A stretch of DNA of 64,000 bases from an uncultured Planctomycetota bacterium (GTDB lineage: Bacteria > Planctomycetota > Planctomycetia > Isosphaerales > Isosphaeraceae), in assembly GCA_963823665.1 (NCBI GenBank), contig CAWGMQ010000005.1, positions 1,792,001-1,856,000 of the forward strand. Direction: 5' to 3'. This document shows, one piece after another, positions 49,354 through 58,661 of the stretch; the first letter of the stretch is position 1, and every line of letters starts with the position of its first letter. The notes beneath the pieces were generated by a model. The model saw nothing but the letters and a program-made list of their open reading frames with translations, was not told where the DNA came from and searched no databases. The translations under genes and the position numbers were made by a program.

Positions 49354-50328
49354 TCACGGCACCATGACGATCGAGCCGATAGTCTTTCGCCCCTCCAGGT
49401 CGCGATGGACTTGCCCGGCCTCCGCGAGCGGGTAGCGGTGCCGGATCTCAACGTGTACCTTCCCCTCGCGGATCACCGCGAACACATCCTTGGCCGTCGC
49501 CTCCAGGTCCGCGCGAGTTGCCGTGTAGGCCCCGAGGGTCGGCCGGGTCAGGTAGAGCGAGCCCTTCTGGGACAGGATGCCGACATCAAACGGTTGCACT
49601 TTCCCGGAGGCATTGCCGAAACTCACCATCATTCCGAGGGGCTTCAAGCAGTCGAGCGAGGCCATGAACGTGTCTTTTCCGACCGAGTCGTAGACGACAG
49701 GAACGCCCGCTCCGCCGGTGATCTCCCGCACGCGCTTGGCGATATCCTCCCTGGTCGAGATGATGACGTGGTCGCAGCCGTGGGCCCTGGCGACGTCCGC
49801 CTTCTCATCCGACCCCACCGTCCCGATGACCGTCGCGCCGAGCGCCTTCAGCCACTGGCAGGCGATCAGTCCGACTCCTCCGGCGGCGGCATGGAACAAA
49901 ACCGTTTCGCCTGCCTTGACCGGGTAAGTCCGGCGGATCAGGTATTGCGAGGTCATGCCCTTGAGCATGACGGCCGCCGCGGTCTCGTCCGACACGCCAC
50001 CCGGAATCGGCACCAGGATACTCGCCGGGATCAGGCGACTCTCCGCGTAAGAGCCGGGCGGCCCTCCTCCATAGGCCACACGATCGCCGGGTTTGACGAC
50101 CGTGACGCCGGGGCCGACCGCCTCAACGATTCCGGCGGCCTCGCTGCCAATCCCCGTCGGCAAGGGGAGCGGGTACAGGCCGGAGCGGTGGTACGTGTCG
50201 ATTAAGTTGACGCCGACCGCAGTGTGGCGGATGCGGGCTTGACCCTCTCCCGGCTCGCCGACCTCGACGTCTTCCCATCGCATGACATCGGGGCTGCCGG
50301 TCTCGGTGATGCGCATGGCTTTCGGCAT
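49354..50328 (-). CDS. qor: Quinone oxidoreductase (zeta-crystallin/MDR family)
   Basis: GVNLIDTYHRSGLYP, HAAAGGVG, VVYDSVGKDT, FGNASG, GSLYLTRP. Confidence 0.95.
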   Translation of the reverse strand: MPKAMRITETGSPDVMRWEDVEVGEPGEGQARIRHTAVGVNLIDTYHRSGLYPLPLPTGIGSEAAGIVEAVGPGVTVVKPGDRVAYGGGPPGSYAESRLIPASILVPIPGGVSDETAAAVMLKGMTSQYLIRRTYPVKAGETVLFHAAAGGVGLIACQWLKALGATVIGTVGSDEKADVARAHGCDHVIISTREDIAKRVREITGGAGVPVVYDSVGKDTFMASLDCLKPLGMMVSFGNASGKVQPFDVGILSQKGSLYLTRPTLGAYTATRADLEATAKDVFAVIREGKVHVEIRHRYPLAEAGQVHRDLEGRKTIGSIVMVP

Positions 50329-50433
50329 TCGGGTTCTCCTGGTAACTCACTCAGCTCGGATGGTTTCCGCGATTATAGCGGCGGGGGAATTGGCGCACGA
50401 TGGGGCCGATCAACGGCTTGGAGTCAGTTTCGA

Positions 50434-50736
50434 TCAACAAGACGGCAGCGCGCTTGGCGGCTGTACGGAGAACAGTCTCGCAATCGCAGTCACATTGAGG
50501 TTGCCGAAGTTTTCATCGATCGCTCTTCGGAAAATGCTTCGTACAGCGCTCACGGTTGGCATCGATGCTTCTCCTCCCCCAGTTTGCACAGTGTAGCCCA
50601 GGTCCTTTTCGAGGAGCCGCACCGGGAACTGAGTCTCGAAGTTGTCCGTCAGCATCGATTCGGCGTCCCGGATGAGGTGAGGGTTCCACATGCGCGAACC
50701 CATCGCACCCAGCCCAAGAAATGCCACCTTGCTCAT
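50434..50736 (-). pseudogene. Internally deleted NAD(P)-dependent beta-hydroxyacid dehydrogenase, in frame with the kinase
   Basis: Own AGGAG RBS; MSKVAFLGLGAMGSRM joined directly to C-terminal FETQFPVRLLEKDLGY…FGNLNVTAIARLF. Confidence 0.75.
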
Positions 50737-53700
50737 GTTCAGGCTCCTGTTCGCCGCCTCGAGGTGCGGCTCGGCCTCGGTCCACTTCTTCTGCTCCAGG
50801 AGGCCCAGGCCGATCTGCGCGAGCAATCCGGCCAGTTGCGGGCTCTCCTTGGGGAGCGCCTTGCGGGCCTCGGGTAGTTGCTGCAAGAGCGAGCCGAGGC
50901 TCTGTGGGGCGTTCGCCTTCTTCAGCAGCGCCGCGACGTCGGTCCAGAGCTGGGAACACGCCTTCTGTTCTTCGCCTGAGAGATTGGCCAGGGCGGCCGC
51001 GTCGCGGATGCCGGCCAGGTCGGTGTCCTTTTGCCAGCCGCGCACCGTCTGCTGCACCGCGGCGCGGTCGGCGGGCTTGCCGCTCTCCAGTTGCTTGGTG
51101 CGCAGAGCCAGGTCGGCGCGGAGCCATTCGAGGGCCTGTTTGCGCAGGCGGGTGCGTTCCGCGTTGTCGAGCTTGGCCGCGTCCTCGCCCAGGCCGGCGG
51201 CGGCCAGCGATGCGAACCGGGCGGCGGCGTAGCGGTGGCCGGCGTTCAGGTCGTCGCCAGGTTTAGGGTCGGCAGCGAAGGCGGCGGCGTACAGGCTGGT
51301 TGCCGCGTGATGGAGCTTCTTGTTCTCGCACCAGTTGCCGAGGCCGAGGCGCTCGTCGCTGGTCGTCGGTTGGAACTGACCCTTCAGGAACACGAGGAGC
51401 TTGTCCTGGACGGCTGCCATGAGTTGGGCGTTCGCAAGCAGAGTCCGGGCCACGGCAAACGTCGGGTCAAGTTCGATGCCCTTCTTGTAGCAGGCGATGG
51501 CCTCGTCCACCTGGCCCTTGCCCTGCAGCGCAGTGCCCAGGTTGGCGTGGACTGCGGCTTGCTTCGGGGCGAGTTTAACGGCCTTGCGGAAGCAGACGAT
51601 GGCCGCGTCGTAATCCCGCTTCACATCGCACAAAATGGCACCCAGGTTGTTGTGTGCGATGGCGAAGTTCGGGTCGAGCTCGATGGCCTTCCTGTAGCAG
51701 GCGCTGGCCTCGTCCCACTGGCTCTTGTCCTTCAGTGCATTGCCCAGTTTTTCTTGGGCCGTGGCGTTCTTCGGGTCGAGTTCGATGGCCTTCCTGTAGC
51801 AGGCGATGGCCTCGTCCACCTGGCCCTTGTCCTTCAGCGCAGTGCCCAGGTTGATGTGAGGCGCGGCGAGCTTCGAGTCGAGTTCGATGGCCTTCCTGTA
51901 ACCGGCGATGGCCTCGTCCAACTGGCCTTTGCCTTTGAGCGCTCTGCCCAGGGCGAAGTGGGCATATGCGGAGCCTGGCTTGAGCCTGACCTCCTCACGT
52001 CCCGCGACGATGGCGGCTTCGAACGCCTCCTCGGCCTCGCGCGTCCGGCCAGTCGCCTTGAGCGCCTCGCCCAGACAACCGAGATGTCTTGCGTTGCCTC
52101 GACGTAATCCGCGGAGATCGCGGAACACGGCGATGGCCTCGTCGCGATCGCCCCGCTTGCCCAGGGAATGGGCCAGCTCGTGGGCGGTCTCGGGCCGGAT
52201 GGCGCGCGCGGCGGTGTAGAAGCGGATCGCCTCGTCGCCGCGCGACAGTTTCTCGAGCGCCTGCCCGAGCACGTAATTGATCCAGACATCCCGCGGGTGC
52301 CGCTCCTGGGTCTTGCGTAATACCGACTCGGCCAGCGCGGGGTCATCGGCTTTGATCAAACCCGACCCCAGCAGGTGCAGGCTGATCGGGCCCAGGGCGT
52401 CGTAGTTCGCTTTCTTTTCCAGGGCCTGCAAACGCGTCAGCCGGGCCGCCTTGTCGGGTTCGTTCAGGGCGTTGCGCAGGTCGGTCCGCCAGGGGTCGGG
52501 GTCGGCGATCTGTGCCGCCTGGCTCTGGCTCGCCGCACCGGCGGCGTCTTTTCGCTTGTCGCGGCGGACTGACTCCCAGTCGTCGAGAGCACTGGCCAGG
52601 GCCGTCGCGACGGAAGGTGGCCGAGCCTTGATCCTGGCGCCCGCCTCGGCCGGCGACAACCTGGCCACATCGATCCCGGCCTCACGGAAGGCGTCGGCGT
52701 AGTCGCGATCGCTGATCGAGCCGTCCTGGTCGTCGGCCTCGGCCGAGCGGATATCGACCAGGCGATCGAGCAGGGTCTTGTCGCGCTGGGCGGCATCTAG
52801 CCCAGCCTGGATTTCCTCGCGTAACGCGAGCAACCGAGGCGCCGCGGCCTCGTCACCGGCGGCCTCGGCCTGCTTGACCGCGGCCAGGGCGACCTGCCAG
52901 CGTGCGACGTCTTCGGGGTTCCCCTTGGCCTGGTCGCGAAGCGTGACCGCCTGGCCGACGATCCGGTCGACCGCCGCAGCCTGTTCGACTCGCAGACGGG
53001 CCCCTTCGGCTCGTTGCTGGAGGAAATAGGTCGTGCTCAGGCCACCCAGGGCTGTGAATGCAAGGATAGACGCCGCCAGCGCGAGCTGAACGCGGCGCCG
53101 CCGACGCTCCTCGACAGCCTTCGCCTCGGCCACGGCTCGCTCGCGTTCGGCTTGCTGGAGTCGCTCCTGAACGCCAGCCAGGTAGTCCGACAGCCCGTCG
53201 GCCACCGCCTGGGCATCCCTCAGCCGGTCGATGGCATCGGGCGACAGGCATTTCTTGGTCAAGGCGATGAGCTCTGCATCGGCGCCGCAGCCGTCGAGCC
53301 GCGCGGTGGCATCGGCCAGGTCGCCGTTGGCCGCCTTGCGCCGCACTTCCTCGCTGGACCGGCCCACATACGGCGCCTTGCCCGTCAGGATCTCGCACAG
53401 GATCGCGCCCAGGCCGAAAACGTCGGCGCGACGGTTGAGGTGGGCAATGTCGCCGCTGGCCTGCTCGGGCGCCATGTACGCCGGGGTGCCCAGGATCGAG
53501 CCGGCCTCGGTGTCGGTGCCGAAGCTACCGTGAAAGCCCGTGCTCCGCGCGGTGCGAATGACCGTTTCTTGCGGCTCTTGAAGAGCCCGGATGGCGCGTT
53601 CTTCATCATGAATACCCCCCTCGGCCAGGACCTTGGCGAGCCCCCAGTCCATCACCTGGACCTCGCCGAACGCCCCGACCATGATGTTCGCAGGCTTGAG

Positions 53701-54273
53701 GTCGCGGTGAATGACTCCCTTGGCGTGGACATACGCCATCGCCTGCGACACGTGCAGAGCAATGCCCAGCAAGCGAGGACGATCGGCCGAGGGGTCGGTT
53801 CGCTCGCCGAGAATCGCCGTGAGCGTCTGCCCTTTCACCAGCTTCATCGTGAAAAAGGGCCGGTCGCCGAACCGGCCGATGTCGTAGATCGGCACCACGC
53901 CCGGGTGCTGAAGTTGCCCGCCGATCTGGGCTTCTTCAATGAACCGCCGCGCGACGTCGGGCCGATTGGCGTATTTCTCCAGCAGCACCTTCACCGCCAG
54001 AGCACGCCCCAGGTCGACGTCACGACCACGCAGCACGGCCCCCATGCCGCCGCGCGCGATCTCGCCATCGAAGCGATACCGATCGCCGGCCTGTTCTTTC
54101 AGAGGAATGGCGTCGGACGTCGGTTTGACGACCAGCGAGCTTTCGCCTTCGGCTTCCTTGAGCAGCACCGGCCGCACATGGCCGACGCTGGAGCGTGGCG
54201 GGCCCGAGTTCTTGCCGAAGGCGGCCGCCAGGCCCACCTCCAGCGAGTCGGCGGCGAGGGCGCCCAAGTCCAT
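50434..54273 (-). CDS. Ser/Thr kinase with TM and TPR repeats; N- and C-termini altered by deletions (C-terminus fused to a dehydrogenase remnant)
   Basis: ARGGMG, LAVK, HRDLKPAN, MDWGL, GTPAYMAPEQ; TPRs DEAIACYRKAIELDP. Confidence 0.9.
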   Translation of the reverse strand: MDLGALAADSLEVGLAAAFGKNSGPPRSSVGHVRPVLLKEAEGESSLVVKPTSDAIPLKEQAGDRYRFDGEIARGGMGAVLRGRDVDLGRALAVKVLLEKYANRPDVARRFIEEAQIGGQLQHPGVVPIYDIGRFGDRPFFTMKLVKGQTLTAILGERTDPSADRPRLLGIALHVSQAMAYVHAKGVIHRDLKPANIMVGAFGEVQVMDWGLAKVLAEGGIHDEERAIRALQEPQETVIRTARSTGFHGSFGTDTEAGSILGTPAYMAPEQASGDIAHLNRRADVFGLGAILCEILTGKAPYVGRSSEEVRRKAANGDLADATARLDGCGADAELIALTKKCLSPDAIDRLRDAQAVADGLSDYLAGVQERLQQAERERAVAEAKAVEERRRRRVQLALAASILAFTALGGLSTTYFLQQRAEGARLRVEQAAAVDRIVGQAVTLRDQAKGNPEDVARWQVALAAVKQAEAAGDEAAAPRLLALREEIQAGLDAAQRDKTLLDRLVDIRSAEADDQDGSISDRDYADAFREAGIDVARLSPAEAGARIKARPPSVATALASALDDWESVRRDKRKDAAGAASQSQAAQIADPDPWRTDLRNALNEPDKAARLTRLQALEKKANYDALGPISLHLLGSGLIKADDPALAESVLRKTQERHPRDVWINYVLGQALEKLSRGDEAIRFYTAARAIRPETAHELAHSLGKRGDRDEAIAVFRDLRGLRRGNARHLGCLGEALKATGRTREAEEAFEAAIVAGREEVRLKPGSAYAHFALGRALKGKGQLDEAIAGYRKAIELDSKLAAPHINLGTALKDKGQVDEAIACYRKAIELDPKNATAQEKLGNALKDKSQWDEASACYRKAIELDPNFAIAHNNLGAILCDVKRDYDAAIVCFRKAVKLAPKQAAVHANLGTALQGKGQVDEAIACYKKGIELDPTFAVARTLLANAQLMAAVQDKLLVFLKGQFQPTTSDERLGLGNWCENKKLHHAATSLYAAAFAADPKPGDDLNAGHRYAAARFASLAAAGLGEDAAKLDNAERTRLRKQALEWLRADLALRTKQLESGKPADRAAVQQTVRGWQKDTDLAGIRDAAALANLSGEEQKACSQLWTDVAALLKKANAPQSLGSLLQQLPEARKALPKESPQLAGLLAQIGLGLLEQKKWTEAEPHLEAANRSLNMSKVAFLGLGAMGSRMWNPHLIRDAESMLTDNFETQFPVRLLEKDLGYTVQTGGGEASMPTVSAVRSIFRRAIDENFGNLNVTAIARLFSVQPPSALPSC

Positions 54274-54329
54274 CGTCGGATTTCTTGTCTCGCCCGCGCC
54301 GGTCCGGCCGGCTCCGGAATCATCCTTGG

Positions 54330-54740
54330 CAGCTGCAACCGACCGGCCTCGGCCATGATCGCCTGCGCCCAGGTCCGGTCAAAGAGGCGGGATTGGCTGG
54401 CGTCATCCGTCGCGAATTCCGGTAACGGGTCGGCGGCGCGGACAGGCCGGCTCTCGAAGCGGCGGGAGATGTTGCGGATGACCCCGTAGAGGAATGCGCG
54501 GAAGCCCGGGACCCGACCTGGCCCCGCGGCGTCCAGCGCGCCCCCGTGGCGGAAACACTCAACGAAGACAGCCTGGGTGGCGTCGTCGAGTTCCTCGCGC
54601 AACGCCGTCCCACGCCAGCGTGCGGCGAGATAAGAGCGAACGATGCCCAGATACCGCCGCGCCAATTCCTCGCGTTCGACCGGGTCGCCAGCCGCGGCGG
54701 CGCGGATCATCGTCCAGCAGGTGGATTCGGAGGTCGGCAC
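54330..54740 (-). pseudogene. ECF sigma factor lacking region 4, joined by deletion to the kinase 5' region
   Basis: STCWTMIRAA, DDATQAVF, FRAFLYGV, FDRTWA; similarity stops at ~54330 and no HTH follows. Confidence 0.75.
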
Positions 54741-54999
54741 GGTCTTCCTTGTTCAAGCCCGGACCAGATGCAGGTCACTGGTTCTTCCAGGCGGTTCAGA
54801 GTTCAAAATGCTTCGACGGAAGAGAACAAGGAAGGAGCCGCTGTTTGGTGGCGCTCTCCAATGAGTTGGAAACTGGCTCTGATTTCGCGATCTGTCTCAT
54901 CTCATCGCCGCCCTTCAAACGATCGTGTTCCCGGGAACAAGACAGAGAGATAAAAGGTCTCATCGACGTGCTGGCAACAAAGCGATCCATCCGCACGCG

Positions 55000-55494
55000 T
55001 TAGAACTGCTGCTCCCGAAACTGCTTCACCGCGAGCGTGCCGAGGACGATAAACGCAACCAGCGAAACGATCTGAACGATCATGAAAGGCGGCTCGCTTT
55101 GATTCGGGGCCAAGGCGTGCAGTGCCGGAACCTTCAAGAAGGACTGGATGATCAGCACGATGAAGTTGAGGTAGAAGGCGAACACCGCACCGATCACGAA
55201 TACCCGGCGCCAAATGCCTGCGAGGTGCCGAGGGTAGCGGGCGTAGATCACCGCAGCCAGGACGACCAGCGAGATGATGCCGAACGCGATGCCCGGCGTC
55301 ATGCCATTGATGGGGAAGCCGAAGCCGGTCACGCTGGTCAAAATGGTCGTCGCCAGGAAGAAAGCCGTGCAGCCATTCAGTTGCTTGTTCGCGATCATCG
55401 CGAACACGACGACGAACCCCGAGGCGATCGCGACCAGGCTGAAGGCGACGTGGACGATCGTGAAGGCCGGAAGGAAGAAAGTGGGAATAAGCAT
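55000..55494 (-). CDS. Membrane protein, ~5 TM (DUF2306-like)
   Basis: HVAFSLVAIASG, TSVTGFGFP, YLNFIVLIIQSFLKVPALHALAP, EPPF. Confidence 0.8.
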   Translation of the reverse strand: MLIPTFFLPAFTIVHVAFSLVAIASGFVVVFAMIANKQLNGCTAFFLATTILTSVTGFGFPINGMTPGIAFGIISLVVLAAVIYARYPRHLAGIWRRVFVIGAVFAFYLNFIVLIIQSFLKVPALHALAPNQSEPPFMIVQIVSLVAFIVLGTLAVKQFREQQF

Positions 55495-55882
55495 GTTTAC
55501 GAATCCAATTGAGTTATGTCTGTCACGGAGATAGGACGATGTTTGCGGCGAGGTGTCGGACGATCTCCGGCACGCTCAATTCCTCGACGTCGTCCAACCC
55601 TTCCCGCGTCGAGCGTCAGTGAAACCGTTCAATATCTTCTCTCAGATGAGCTATAAAGCAAGGCGTGAGGCGAGGAGGCGCCAACCGGCATATGCCAATT
55701 CTTGGGTGTCTCCCATTCGGAACGTCAACTATGGAGCACCGAGAACCATCAGTTTCGGTTTTTACAGAAATGGAATTCGAACGACCGTCTTCTAGAACCA
55801 GATCATTGGCCCTGGTTTAATACGTGCCGTGCCCAAGCCCATCCGCTTGAGGCTGACAAATCCCAACGCGAGCGAGAACCCG

Positions 55883-56554
55883 ATGGACGATTTACTAAGA
55901 CTAAGGAAAGACCTTAATGACCGATTGCGAGAGACGGAGCTCGTGCACTCGGCCCTCGAAAAGGCAAGCGACGTCCGGGACAAAGATAGGCTCAGCGGGC
56001 GATATCAGGTCTACCTGTCACGGGTCGCGGCTCAGTACGCGCCGCACAGCCCAATCGTCATGGCGCTGGCAGCCAGCCGTTGCTTGTCTACCCACCCTGA
56101 GCTCGCGCGCTATCTTCTTCACCACGCGAGCGAAGAGCAAGGGCATGATCTATGGGCCTATCAAGACCTGAAGGCACTCGGAATGACGGATACGGAGATT
56201 CGTGCCGCCTACCCCGTGCCCTCGTGCACAGCCATGATCGGCTACACTTATTACCTGGCTGGCCACTCCAATCCCATCGGTCTTTTCGGATGGATGTATA
56301 TCCTGGAAGCGGTTGGCGACGATCTTGGTCGGGAAGCCGCCCAGGGAATCCGTACGAACCTCGGCCTGGTGAAAGACGGGGTTGAGTTCGTGGCTGGTCA
56401 CGGCGAAGCCGATCGAGTTCATATTGTTGAACTGGAAGAGCAGATCACCAAGTACGCGATCAAGGACCCGGATCGCGTCGCCGTGCTCCGTGCCGCCGAA
56501 GTCTCTTGCAGGCTCTATCTACGAATGTTCCAGGAGGTTGACTCCGAGGCGTAA
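55883..56554 (+). CDS. Heme-oxygenase-like diiron oxidase (iron-containing redox enzyme; TenA/PqqC/CADD superfamily)
   Basis: YLLHHASEEQGHDLWAYQDL (ExxH), WMYILE, HGEADRVH (HxxxDxxH) metal-ligand pattern. Confidence 0.82.
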   Translation: MDDLLRLRKDLNDRLRETELVHSALEKASDVRDKDRLSGRYQVYLSRVAAQYAPHSPIVMALAASRCLSTHPELARYLLHHASEEQGHDLWAYQDLKALGMTDTEIRAAYPVPSCTAMIGYTYYLAGHSNPIGLFGWMYILEAVGDDLGREAAQGIRTNLGLVKDGVEFVAGHGEADRVHIVELEEQITKYAIKDPDRVAVLRAAEVSCRLYLRMFQEVDSEA

Positions 56555-56556
56555 CC

Positions 56557-57216
56557 ATGGGATTGGAGGTCGTGCGACTGAATCCCGGCGCAGAATGTGA
56601 ACCCCTCTATCGCTTCCGATATGAAGTCTACGTCGAGGAGCAGGGCTTGAAGCCCCGCGACGCTAATCAACGGACGCGCACGATCCACGACGGCCTGGAT
56701 GATTGCAGTATCCAGTACGCAGCATTTTCCGAAGGCCGTGTCATCGCATCATTGCGGGCGACTCTTCTCAGCGACGTCCAGGCTCCCGAGGCGCTCATCG
56801 AGAGATTCGGGATGACCGAGGCTATCCGGCGATTCGGGATACGCTCGATCTGCACGACCAGCCGGTTCATCATTGCACGCGATCACCGGAGGTCCCGGCT
56901 AAGCCTTCATTTGATGGATGCGGCGTACTGCGACGCTCGAGAGCGAGGTCTCCGGCTGAACTTTGGAGACTGTAGTCCCCATTTGGTCGGTTTCTATGAG
57001 CATATGGGATACCGGACGTACGCTCCGATTTTTGTCGATGACGACTACGGGGTAAAAACACCGCTTCTGATGATGTTCGGCGATCAAGAACAATTTCGCC
57101 GGGTCAGGTCACCCCTAAGGCGAACTGCCGTCCGCTACCAAGACGACACGGAAGCCAGGGTGTGGTTCGAAGCGGTTTATCCCGCCTCGTGCGAAACAGG
57201 GGAACCAACAGATTGA
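56557..57216 (+). CDS. GNAT-fold N-acyltransferase (FeeM/N-acyl amino acid synthase or LuxI-like)
   Basis: LYRFRYEVYVEEQG, DGLDD, ASLR, TSRFII, DCSPHLVGFYEHMGY; 2 bp after the previous stop. Confidence 0.75.
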   Translation: MGLEVVRLNPGAECEPLYRFRYEVYVEEQGLKPRDANQRTRTIHDGLDDCSIQYAAFSEGRVIASLRATLLSDVQAPEALIERFGMTEAIRRFGIRSICTTSRFIIARDHRRSRLSLHLMDAAYCDARERGLRLNFGDCSPHLVGFYEHMGYRTYAPIFVDDDYGVKTPLLMMFGDQEQFRRVRSPLRRTAVRYQDDTEARVWFEAVYPASCETGEPTD

Positions 57217-57233
57217 CCTGCCTGGCGCTGATG

Positions 57234-57662
57234 TTAGCCTGCCGTGTTCCGCCAGCCAAGTCCGTTGCATTCTCCGCAAATAACGCCGCTTCGGCGGTCT
57301 GATTCGCCGATGCGAAATCGGCCGGTTCCCGCGCACCACTGGCAATCTGGGGTTTCGAAGGGACGTACCGGCAGGAGAGGCCGAAGTTCCGGGTACGTCT
57401 CGGCCCCTACCACAACCGCGATCAGCCGCCAGACTGGGTTGGACTCGGGTGCTGGCGCTCCGAGTGAGTCCCAGGGAAAACAGAGAATCTCGCCGTCGGG
57501 ACGAAGTAGTAATGTAGCGCCGATGCCCGCGTAGACGGGCAGCGCACCGCTTGTGCGAACGACCTCAACCAACTCCACATGGGTAGGCGCGACGAGCCAC
57601 TGCTTCGTGAGGTGCTCAATCACATTCCTCAGGTCCGGCGCCGCCATGATGCGCTGCCTCAT
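57234..57662 (-). CDS. Hypothetical protein with C-terminal CxxCxGxG…CxxCxGxG zinc finger
   Basis: CQWCAGTG and CGECNGLG; LLPVRP motif; coupled to the upstream gene. Confidence 0.7.
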   Translation of the reverse strand: MRQRIMAAPDLRNVIEHLTKQWLVAPTHVELVEVVRTSGALPVYAGIGATLLLRPDGEILCFPWDSLGAPAPESNPVWRLIAVVVGAETYPELRPLLPVRPFETPDCQWCAGTGRFRIGESDRRSGVICGECNGLGWRNTAG

Positions 57663-58066
57663 TGTTTCCCGGGCTCATTGCGTGGAGTGTTTGGTTCGAC
57701 TGCGCCGCCGGGGAAATAAGCGATCGTTACCCACGTTGCCAGCACAATCAACGTCAGCAGCATGATCCAGAAGCGACTCAAGAGGTTATCAATATCGATC
57801 CAATTCGCCACGTCTCTGGTCACGGGCACGTTGAAATCGGAAAGAGAGGCATCAGGCGGCAGGCCGGCCAGATCACGAACCTGTTGCATGAAGCCGGCAA
57901 CCTTGTTCGCTGCCAATCGCCGCAGGAACACAAGCAAAGCCAATGCGGGCGCGACGATCGCGACAAGGATCATCCACTGGCGTGTCGTCATGTGAAGCAA
58001 TCTCATAAGCCACGGTTCCCGGCAGTGATCTTCCCTTGGGTTCTGCATTCGCTCGCCATCTGCCAT
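57659..58066 (-). CDS. Small two-TM membrane protein (planctomycete type); start uncertain
   Basis: TTRQWMILVAIVAPALALL and FWIMLLTLIVLATW hydrophobic segments. Confidence 0.6.
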   Translation of the reverse strand: MADGERMQNPREDHCREPWLMRLLHMTTRQWMILVAIVAPALALLVFLRRLAANKVAGFMQQVRDLAGLPPDASLSDFNVPVTRDVANWIDIDNLLSRFWIMLLTLIVLATWVTIAYFPGGAVEPNTPRNEPGKQ

Positions 58067-58079
58067 CCCATCAGTTCAT

Positions 58080-58289
58080 TCATTTCTTCTGCTTCGTCTG
58101 GGCCGGCTTGTCCGCGATTTCAATGAACCCCAATGAATAATGCTCAGCCATCACTTCGTTCGCTTGGGCCAATCGGGCTTCCAGCACCGCTTCGCGGTGA
58201 GCCGCGCGCCATCGTTCGCCTACGAGGGCGAAGATCAACGCAGCGATCACGACCAGAAGTATGAGCGTACTGAGTCGAAATCGTTTCAT
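58080..58289 (-). CDS. Small membrane-anchored protein (planctomycete RF.L.TL motif)
   Basis: MKRFRLSTLILLVVIAALIFAL; GAGG RBS. Confidence 0.65.
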   Translation of the reverse strand: MKRFRLSTLILLVVIAALIFALVGERWRAAHREAVLEARLAQANEVMAEHYSLGFIEIADKPAQTKQKK

Positions 58290-58661
58290 AGCGTTGCCTC
58301 AAGGCGCACTTCTCATGCTCGATCCTCACCGCTGCGACCGTGGTTGTCCGTTGAAGACGGCCTGGAGAAGCTCGAAATCGACGCCCCTGATTCTCCCGTG
58401 ATCGTCGCGATGGTTCAATTGGGGGAAATCATGATCGCAGGCGACCTCACGACTGCCGTTGCCGGAGAGGAAAGAAGCCCAGTGATCGCGCTTCTTCCGC
58501 GAAAGGATGCCCATCGTCGTCCTCGGCTGAACGAGCAGCACTACGGCTATATTGTACACAGGGATTACGATAGTTTATCCAACGCGTTCTTCCCGGTGGT
58601 GTTCAACGAGACGTGTCCTTCCAGAGCCGAGGACTAAAGATTGTCGTACGGAGGCATCACC

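Noticed and set aside
51480..51960. 102-bp DNA repeats as a possible DGR template/variable pair
   Set aside because: They are in-frame 34-aa TPR repeats of the kinase; no reverse transcriptase in the window
58326..58637. Possible 3' fragment of a plus-strand gene
   Set aside because: Protein-like composition but no start, RBS or recognisable motif
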